A stretch of 64,000 nt of DNA, from the NCBI GenBank assembly GCA_002633005.1, contig NMRA01000002.1:765278-829277 (forward strand). Reading direction: 5' to 3'. The notes under the pieces were generated by a model. The model was not told the DNA's origin. It searched no databases and saw nothing but the letters and a program-made list of their open reading frames with translations. Shown here in pieces: positions 54,081 through 64,000 of the stretch; position 1 is the first letter of the stretch, and every line of letters begins with the position of its first letter. Made by a program: the position numbers and the translations under genes. The stretch comes from Phoronis australis. Lineage: Eukaryota; Animalia; Phoronida.

Positions 54081-55599
54081 TTACAGATTCACTTTGATGT
54101 TTATGGCAACTTTCCTTTTGTAATCCCCAGAACGTTCTGAAAATTTACATTTGATAAAATTCACTCTGGTCAAAGTTACATTAACTTCAATCAGTACATT
54201 CTACGCCGCAATAATCGCAAATACGCGCGTTTCGGTCGTAAACCTGTAATGTCCCTTTAAGAGAAACACATATGTAAAGTGAATTGCGTAACCTTCACGT
54301 ACACTGTGCGCGTAACAGCTTTCTCAAATCCAACTGCCATTGCCCCTTAGGCTACAGACATGAGATCTTAATTTAATATAAGGGCACTTGTCATCATTGC
54401 CCTTGTCAGTAGTTTCCCATCTTTTGCAAATGATTGTAGATGCAATCGAATTAAATGTTGGAAGACGGTAGCCTGATAAATAATAAGCAAAAGCTTCTAT
54501 TCATCAGAATATCCATATCTTTTGTATCAGTGTGATGTGATTGATTGCTCTGTGGCGTGTTTAAATTTCAATTTGTACACAATGCACTCAAGTTATACAT
54601 GCATTGAGATAATTTCTAAGTTGAAGATGCTACAATGTAGACATACATCAACGATCGTGCAAGTGTGCAGAGGTTGAACGTGTTGGAGATGGAAGTCCCG
54701 GCCAGGCAAAGTGAAATGAATTTACGGGTTGATGTCTGAGAATATTATGTAAGATAGAAATTTTCAGCACGATCGAAGTAAAACGTTTTGTTTTGAAAAA
54801 TTTTCAGGCACCATAAACGTTACCGGGGAACAAGTGTTATACGCGGAACATTCTCCTTGGCGGTCTTTGCTTTACCGAGGCTCAATTGGTGAAAATGTCT
54901 ACCAAATAATCTTCAGTGGGAATTCCCACTGCGTTTTAGTCGGGAAATAGTCAAAATGCCAAGACATTTCAAAATTGATATATACATGTACACAGATATG
55001 ATTTCTGTGAATATTCATACACTATTACTAAGAAATGAATGTACTTCGTATTAAATTAGACTTTCAAAAGGGCTACCTAAGATCACATAGCTTTAAGCGT
55101 ATTAAATGAAAACATTTTAGAATGTCCAACCACATATAGAAAAACGGAAAGTACCTAGAAAACCAAAACAACTAACTCTCTTGGAACCCGATGTATGTAC
55201 ACTTTCGAAATATTTTGTAAAGGAAAATCCTCGATTTTAGAGTCGAAAGAGGTATTTTTGGAATTACTGGTCGATTTATACGTCTCAGGTTATTAGCAGA
55301 AAAGGGCTACAAAACATCAAAACCTGTTGCACTTTTATAATTTTATTACAAATTTCCAATTCCCACTTTTGTTCGTCAGACATTTGCTGAAATCATGGGC
55401 AGAAAATTCCTTATTTCAAGAGTTGGATTTGGCTCAGCAACATAGCATTCGGTTGCCAGTGGTTTGACTACGAACCCAGCTACTGCTGTGGATAGCGTTT
55501 TACTATTGCAAAGTCTCCGCTACTGGCCAAAGTAGAGACCGGTGGCCGTCCTATAGGCTCTCCATACGCCAGAAGTTCTTTTGACGAATTATGCCCCAC

Positions 55600-55866
55600 A
55601 CTGATTAAACTATCGAAATCATGTTTTAATAAAACATAATTGCAGGCGGTCTGGTACACGCTGTACCAGACGTGCGCAGACCGCGCTTGTGGGCCCATTG
55701 CACTGATCACCTGGAAATATTTTGTGCTACATTAATATATAGGTAAAACCGAGCTGAGGAGCTAGAAACCCGACTCAAGGGTATAGCAGTATGGCAGAGT
55801 GGGACTCGAACCCACGACCTCGAGTAAAGAAGGCAGGCACCATCACACTAGGCCACACTGCCTCCT
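55600..55866 (-). mobile_element. tRNA-derived SINE, copy 2 (inverted)
   Basis: Full-length reverse-complement homology to 53814-54080 with the same A/B boxes and hairpin. Confidence 0.85.
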
Positions 55867-58800
55867 CAAAAATCATGTTGCTATAAATGCCTTTTGCGCA
55901 TAATGGACACCTTAGGAAGCCGTTTGATGTATTTAACTTTTCCCAACTCGACCAAATACAATCAATCTTTACTTTTGGGCACTAAAGTCCAAATCGGCAA
56001 CTGGCCATTTTACACTGCTCGCGCCAGGCGTATGGATGCCTATGGAGCGGTCCATATCTCTACTACGGCCAGGCGAGACGGTGGTAATGTCTTACCAGGT
56101 TCGCAACATTGCAGGAGTCACGGATGTGCTGCAAAATAAAAGAACAGTGTGGTCGCCGCACAGTTTGCATGAGGCGTGACAGAGACAAAAAGTGTCTCCG
56201 CATATTTGTAAAAATAGCCTGCTGCACAAGGCCTGCATTCATGAGCAATCCGCAAATGTAACGGTTGCACACCATGAGACGTGCGAAATCTAATCGTTGT
56301 GCGAGGAATATGCAACGGTTTGGTGAAAGTTGCACAACCCAAGCAATCCATGGTGTGTTTAGCTGCGCACCAACATTCGTGCAATGAACCTAAGCAATCT
56401 GCACTATCGACAACAATAGTGAGGTAATCTTCTCATGGTGGTTCGTTGGTAATGATTATTCGTTGCCGTGATAGAACTCTACTGTATCTAGTCTATGCTT
56501 CGAACCATTCTACCGTACCGTTTTGAAAGGCTAACCTGAGGGTCAACGTCGATACTCAAGCGGTTAGGATCTATGCAGGAATGTCTGTGCGCCTGTTTTC
56601 GTGAATGAACTGATAGACTGATTAACTGCCCAGTAAAGCGCAATAACATTGATAAGACCAGAGCGGTGGGTGATGCCAAGAAACACCATCACCACAACGT
56701 GAATCCCTTTGCACCATTGTCATAAATGCTTGGATTCGGTTACCAACAATTTTGGTACGAGATTTTAGTTATTTCTTCTTCAGTTTATGTACTTTTATTC
56801 AAGAAATAAACACAGAAATTAAGAAAATAAAATTTGTGTGTGACGTCATCAGTGGATCCGGTTTCTGCCCCTGGTTTGTTCTACACCAGCCGCGAGCCGT
56901 AGTGGTCTCGAAAGCTAGCGTGTTCGATTAAGTATTATGAAAAGTTGAACGGCAGAGGATGCAGTAATAGCAACAGGACAGACAATATTTCAAATTTTGC
57001 GTTTCCAAAACCACCCTAAGATCGCCCAGAAACGACACAGGTTCGTGCAGTCGGACACGCGTATGGCAACACACGATGCAGTGAGCGAGTTAAGGGGTCA
57101 CGCGCTGTGTTTAGTCTATTTTGAACAATCGTGCTTCGACTCGTCCCAAAAAAAACCCGGAAATTTTATGAAGGTTTCCCCAACGTGCAAGTGCATTTAA
57201 AAGAAAACATGTGAGTTGTGTTGTGCCATTGCTAGGAATGTAGTTGTCAGGCACATATTGAGTACATGTATGAGTCCTCAGCATCAAATTTTGGCTGAAA
57301 TAATGAATGTGATTGTAGAAAGCCTAAGCTTCCACCTGTCTGTTCTTGTTCAAGACTTTGCAGGAATACATGCTATCCAAATATACGCCAATGCGCATTA
57401 GTAGAAAATGGGATCGTAGATGCACACAAATAGTTTGAGGTCACGACCGCACCGGCACAGAGGCTGGAGTCGGACACTGAACCGAAATAATCGACAAATC
57501 ACAATGGTACAAAACTTTCATATAATTTTTGAACACACAAGGCAAAAATAGAAATGAATACAGTTAGCATCATTAAAGTTAGATATACCTGGTAATAGTT
57601 CCTAACAAAGGTAATCGGCATGAGAAATGAAATCGGTGTCTATTCGCGACTGGGCTTTGACATTCAGAGTATATCTTCGGTTAAAATTGCAGTTAGAGAC
57701 ACATATTACTCGACATTAAAGTGGTTAGAAAATTGAATCGTGATTCAATAAATGGCTTTTAATTACGGCCTTGAAATCAAGACTGTCTGCACGCTGACTA
57801 GGCCGGCTCTGACTCGGCTTCACTCGCCGGAGATGCCGGGTCAAGGTCAAACGACCTCAACCCAAAGTCTGCCGATATAGCGAGGTCTAACTCATTACCT
57901 GCTCTACCTATGGCCTGAGTGACGTCATCACCCCCTTCGCCATACGTACTGTCTTCATAATATTCATCAAGCTCGCTTTCGATCGTAACTTACAAAATCA
58001 CTACCATACCGCTTTTGCATGTCTACTCTCAACTTATTAACGTCTTCCACTGATGACATCACGTGGCCGGAAACCAAAATAATCATTGCCTTTAATTTCT
58101 TTAAAATATAAATTTCCTCAGTTATTTCCCAAAATAAGTGTCTTTTTGTTTAGATTTTGTGTTATAAAAGTAATACACACGATAAAGTTAAAAAATCCAT
58201 TGTACGAACGCTTTAAGACGTTATCAAAAACATTATCATGCAGCATAAACATCCGACCAGTATTCTTGTTTACAAGAAATTTATTGCTTCTCACTTTCTG
58301 GCTTGATACATGGGTGGAGCCTTCGGTGACTTGGTCAAACGCCCTGTTAGATGAGCTAAGCTCCTCTCAACAAATGACATAGTAAAGAGTAGTTAACTAA
58401 TAAAGTCACCGGCCCAATTTCGGCAAATGTCCGGCAGACATGGGCGAGAATAAGGCCACCTGTAATAAACTCACAAAAACACAACTGACTGTATTGGTTC
58501 AAGGCACTGATCCAAGCTAATAACATCAAACAAGTCTAACCATAATGTCTTCTCCGTCCGTAAAAACGACAATGTCGATCCCCTCACATTGACAAACGCA
58601 GTTGGATGCTGTTGGTGTATTTGCGCGAGTATGAGGACACAGTGTATTAGATTTCCGATTGATGCATGCGTTTTCGGTCAGTATGATATTCATTTTTAAT
58701 CAGTAGTGTTCAATTTGGTATAACTAGTCAGACAAAATTCACAAAATTGCATACAATGCACCAACTTTAAGTCACACAGTGTACGGAATTTCAAAAACTC

Positions 58801-59929
58801 ACGTTCAAAATTATTGCAGATCCAAATTTGAACGTTTTGGTAAATTTGTTTCCAGAAATGTTCAAGCAACGGTAAAGAAAACAGTTCCGTGACTGAATGA
58901 ACATAATCTAGCCCCATGTATATGTACGTGGATGGCAATCTGCAGAAAATCATGAGCGCTCTACGCTAGTTGATTTTATGTTTATTGCCAAGTTCGCCTT
59001 ATCTATTGCATGACAGCGGCGTTTTATTGGATGTTACTGGTCATTCAGACGCCTGCACGTGTCTAACATGCGTGGTAGTAGCCCGTAGGTGCCTTTCGTG
59101 ATGCTGGCTGTTTTAGTTTTCAAAAGCATCGACGTCTCTGCAAATAAAGGCTGCTTCAATGCTATAAATTTCTAGTATGACGATACGCAAATCACACGTG
59201 TGTTAATCTTTGAAACATTCCTCATAAGTTATTATTAGTGTACTTTTCGTCAATACAAATTTTAGTTACTCATTAAGTACTCAAAACATGCCCAGTGCAC
59301 CTTTTATAAACTTTGCCGAGACTCACTAAAGTTTGCTTTAATAGCCGTAGCAATATACGCAAAAGAGCAAACTTTTGAACCCAAGTATTGCTGTATATAC
59401 ATACATACATAAATATATTTAAATGTAAATGAAGACATATATAGATATGAATACATGTTGTAGACACCAGAGGGAGCCAATGCATCGTATAAATACTAAG
59501 CTACCCATCACCACAATCGGAGATTGAAGAACGGACGCGAGTGGTCGACGTCGGTTTCGTCTCAAGGCGCAGTAACGTGAGTGTTTTTTTCAGTCTTACT
59601 GTAATTCCTTTAGAAAATTAAATGTGCATTCTGCTAATTTTCGCACAGGCATTAGCATTTGCGTTTCAGATTCATCGTCTTTCCCAAATATTTAAACAGT
59701 TAAGTAAATGTCACTCGAAATATATACAAGGTAATATTTAACTTAAAAGCCTAGAAGATACTGTTTAACTAAACAAATCAATATTTCATGGTTTCTTCAA
59801 GCGTATTACGTTGTGCTCCATGATCTAGGTTGCCTACGTCTAGCCCAGCACCAAGTGAAAGAAATCCATTGGCATTGTTCGTTGAAATCGACTTCCTTTT
59901 TTGTCTTGACTTACTGCCTATCAGCGACA

Positions 59930-60990
59930 ATAAAAAACTGGTTTTGTAACGGTAACAAAGTAGAGGTTGCACCAAATTGCAGTACACATAAATGTATCTG
60001 GACATCGGCTCAATAGAATCTGGCAGAAAGATGGTAAAGTATTATTTGTGCTGAGGAGACATAAGAACGTTTCCTGATATAGGAGTTATTCTTTGGTTGA
60101 AACTGTTCAACGCTGAAATATTACCAACTCTCATGTACTCCTGTGAGATCCAGGGGTTTTATGCGGGCAAGGATATAGTAATGGTTCACGATAAATTCTG
60201 TAAATTTTTGTTTGGGCTATCTGCACAAACACCTAACGTAGCCGCAGATTAGATAGACTGTCGTTGCGTGTTAATAGACACATTCGAATAATTAAATATT
60301 GGTTAAGAATTTTAAGTCACCACAAAATATATACATCAAAGCACGTTACACGTGCAATGTGAATTCGCCGAGAATGGTAGAGACAGTTAACAGGACTTGT
60401 GCTTAACTGATTTAGAGTTTGTGCGGAATGACTACCGGAGTATCTGACGAGATTTTTTCACACAAATTATGAAATATGTGTTTAGATATGGAACACCGAG
60501 ATTGGAAAGGGAAACTGGCTGCTGCAGCAGCAGACCAGTCAGATCGATGGTAAAAGAGGATAATGAGAAGTAATTGAATATTATGTATCACATGTTGAAA
60601 ACATTGTTAGCCAGAGTCAAATGAGTGTCAATAGCAGGTAGAAGAACGGGTAATGTACGTTCATAAAGGTGTGCATTTGCTGGGACTTTTAAAAACGTTG
60701 TTAAAAATAAAGTTATGTTTTACCAGTGTGTCCTTACGATCTTCGCCAAAAATACTTACATTCTATTAGAAATATAATTGACGGTAGTTTTGCAAATGTA
60801 ATGGAAATAAACATTATAAAAGTGTTAACAAACCTGTGCAATATTTTTGTTAAAATCTGAATAAAGACGCCAATCCGTTGTCGTCAAAGTGCAAAATGTG
60901 TGCCTCTGTGTGTATATAATTGCTTATTTGTCATGTTTCGTAATATCGGTCAGTGGCCTCAATACCTAAAATAAATAAATTGAAACTTAT
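59930..60990 (+). mobile_element. 5'-truncated RTE-X-like LINE (post-RT region and 3' tail)
   Basis: WFCNGNKVEV; LKLFNAEILPTLMYSCEIQGF...VHDKFCKFLFGLSAQTPNVAA; IIKYWLRIL; CPYDLRQKYL; ends with an aataaataaattgaa tail. Confidence 0.85.
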
Positions 60991-62371
60991 ACCTAAGCTC
61001 CAAGGATTACAGAAAATTAAAACACAAGAACGGTGTCCTGGGAACGACTAAGTTACCAGAAAACAGTTATGCATGACGCATTTGGTGAGCACATTTAAGC
61101 ATTTTCATTGAGAATTACTGAATCACACGCAAGTATGTCAAAGTTTTGACTTTGCAATTGCATGTCTTGAAAATATACTTATTTTGCTTCGTTTCAAAAA
61201 TTTCTTCAGTTTTGCCTTACGCAAGTGCGGCGATAAATTTAAATAGTAAGCACTCGAAATACAACTCTTTAGCGCAGCGGGTTCTCAATGAAACCTTTCG
61301 ATTACCAAATATCTAATTCAGAGACTGGGATGTAATATTTTTATTTGAGATCGAACTCGACATTATTCTTGTCATTTTCTATTTTACTATTGTACGAATG
61401 CAAGATAAGTGTCCATTAACATAATACTATAGTCGAGTACATACATGTAGTGGTTTAGCCTACATGAATAACATGTATCTTGCACTTAATGACCACAACG
61501 TTTATGCTAAGACTCCGAGTCTGATTTCGAAATTTCAAATTTTTGCTCGACTTTTGCTCGGATCTAGGCGTCATCAATACGAACCACGACTAGAATCTCG
61601 TTTGCATAAACCATGACGTACATGTAAATGAGCACAGAATAATAGGCACATATCTTGCGTTCGCAAAATGAAGATCAGAAATGACAAAAATGTTTACGAG
61701 TTCGGTGTCGAGTAAAAAGATTAGGCCGGCCTGCCCCTGGTGTGCAAGACGGTTCGAATTAACTGGGATGAAACGCAATTTCTCTGATTTAATTACGGAC
61801 AATTTGAGATGTTGGGTATTTTTGTACGAATTAGACCAAAATTTTGTTGGCAGCATGATGGTTGGAAGGAATTTATAAAGAACGCTGTAAGACGTCCCTC
61901 TACATACAAAAACATTGCAGAACGCCAATCATATCCGTCTAGCGCCAAGGCATATATCGTCATGTCATCGCTAAATGGATAAATGGATAGTCATGTACTT
62001 CGTGTTAGCGTGGTAAATTTGCGATACTGCGCGCATGCCAATGTGCAAATGTCACACCTCGTTTGGAGGTTTTGACCGAAGATTGCTGAAGTACTCGAAA
62101 ACTCTAAACCCGCGTATTTCCAACTACAGTTGGGGGTAAGATTTTATAATATTGTAAACCGCGAGTACAAAGGTGCTGCCTTGATTTTTCAATATTCCAA
62201 TACAGACGAAGTCCTTCCAATTATATAGAAACAATGACAGAAATAGCCTGTGGGTTTGGCTGAAGCTGTATCGATGCTTTGGGATTGTATGTCACAGTGG
62301 ATGGCTAGAATTGAAATGTAGTATCTAATTAATTATTGAACAAACACTAGTGAACACAAGCAAGATCTGGA

Positions 62372-62473
62372 TAGAGTTCAGTAACGGTAGGACCTCGCTA
62401 AAGAGTAAGACTTTGTGAGATTACGCGATACATTGCCGTGTATTTTAAATGAGAACAGGTGGTTTTGGCTAGA
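62372..62473. mobile_element. ~125-bp MITE, copy 3 (truncated)
   Basis: tagagttcagtaacggtaggacctcgctaa...gtgtattttaaatgagaac...ttttggctaga. Confidence 0.85.
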
Positions 62474-62479
62474 CTGTTG

Positions 62480-62840
62480 TCCACTTATCACACTTACAAT
62501 AACGACTTGTAACTACGCTGGCGACCTCTATAGGGATAACTTTAACTAAATCATCATTAACAACCAAACGCCTTATCTGCTCTCCCAAGCTCTGAACGGA
62601 CGCTTTATGCAAGATGGTCATGTTCATCATGTCGGGAGCCATCGTCTCGCGGGACAGTCCTGTTGGACACACCTTGTACCAACTTCTATTTTCTCCTCTT
62701 GTATTGCGACAATGTACTTTTACGCAAGAGCTAGTCACAGTCCTGCTTGACACCGTGCCAGTCCGTAGTTTTCCTCTACACCCCCGTATTCTAGAGCAAA
62801 CTATTAAAGAGCTCCCTCCATGACTCTTCAATAACCTTTA
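62480..62840 (-). mobile_element. Possible decayed LINE APE endonuclease fragment
   Basis: HGGSSLIV (GGGVLIxV-like) and LVVNDDL (IxGDFN-like) in the 120-aa ORF; weak match. Confidence 0.25.
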
Positions 62841-64000
62841 GTCTATATGTTGCTAAGAAACGAGCCAAAAATTAAAACCAAGTAAAAAAATCGGTGTTAT
62901 ACGTAGTCTCCGCTGTTGTTTTATACCAGGGAGTTGTGAGGAAAGTCCGAGGAGAAACGCCTTTTTCAGACATAAAAAGGTGCGTTTGTGAAAGATGTAG
63001 TAACAGTAACTTAACTGAGGACGTCTTTGTGTTCAAATTTCTTAAATACGTGAAAGTTGCACAGAAATGGCATCGGTTTGTGCGCCGCACGAGAGTGTGG
63101 AAAGTCAGCGTGGAACATGCGATTCACTGAGTCGTAAGCCACACTTTAATTCTTCGGCACATTTCAAGGAATCGTGTTTGGACAAAACCGAGACAAAAGC
63201 GACGCTACGATGAAGGAAAGTGCATTTGCAAATTTTATAAATAAGAAACAAACTGGTTCCATTCTAGGGAGAGTGATACCACTGAGGTCCTCGACCCCGG
63301 CCAAGATCGAGTGAACGTAGGCTTAAAAAATGCATTGTGTTTAGACCGTGCTCATTCCATTATGGCAATAGTGAATACAAATGACTCAGGTTTACGGTGG
63401 CCTGTGTCAGTGATTGTTAAGTATCTGTTTTGTGAATATTGACCACCCCGTCGGTTCAGTTGGTTGTGGTTCACACATGTCTGTAGGATTTCCGGTGCAA
63501 GTGGGTCGAGTTCATACCTCCTCAAAGCCAACGAAAGTTAGCTGAGTGGGAAATCCAGTTCATTGACCAATTATTCAAGTACTTGAGTGTGATGCCCGTA
63601 TCCACTGCCTTCTCTGTCTGCATAATAATTTCCAGTCCTCGCTCAAAATCGTGCCCGTCTTCTGGTCTGCTGTGTTTCGCCTTTGCAATTGATCGTCAAG
63701 TGACCAAACGTCTTCCACCCATTACATCATTTGACGAGAAACTTTGAAATATCTAATTTTTATTCAGCATTGAAAAATCGCGACCATTTGGCATAAAAGT
63801 GCTTGTATAGTTAGATTTTATGGTATTCATTTCATGTTACCTAACTGAAGCCTCAAAACTAAGGAAGTGCATGGTGGGAGCTTTTTAATTCAACGAGCCT
63901 TTACGGACCTTTGCCCTTTGCTTTCCGTAAAGATGGCTTCCGATTACCATTTCTCCAGTACACGCAAGCAAATCCTACTAGCTAGCTTCTCTTCCAAACT

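Noticed and set aside
58050-58075. Hammerhead ribozyme core (ctgatga...gaaac)
   Set aside because: The intervening bases do not form stem II, and no stems I/III were found
57920-58075. CRE/E-box/ETS-like motif cluster as a promoter
   Set aside because: Short motifs, common in TE subterminal regions in this window, with no linked gene

Overview
This is eukaryotic DNA (about 40% GC, no operons, long ORFs or CRISPR; probably a marine invertebrate, which is inference). It reads as intergenic or intronic sequence densely filled with decayed transposable elements, and no intact host gene is recognisable. Supported features: (i) a young Kolobok-type element at 31814-33352 with a TTAA TSD, ~155-bp TIRs, and convergent THAP-type and KolX (P2X7-ballast-like) starts flanking an assembly gap, plus two older Kolobok-like relics; (ii) three AcademX transposase relics (XPG-like domain plus Cys8 finger); (iii) several THAP fragments; (iv) a Sola3-like fragment; (v) RTE-X and CR1-type LINE fragments; (vi) a tail-to-tail pair of tRNA-derived SINEs; (vii) several MITE families, one with a 5-bp TSD; (viii) tandem, direct and foldback repeats. 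The palindrome TACATGTA is strongly over-represented and may mark transposon excision footprints. All protein-family calls come from manual motif recognition, not database searches.
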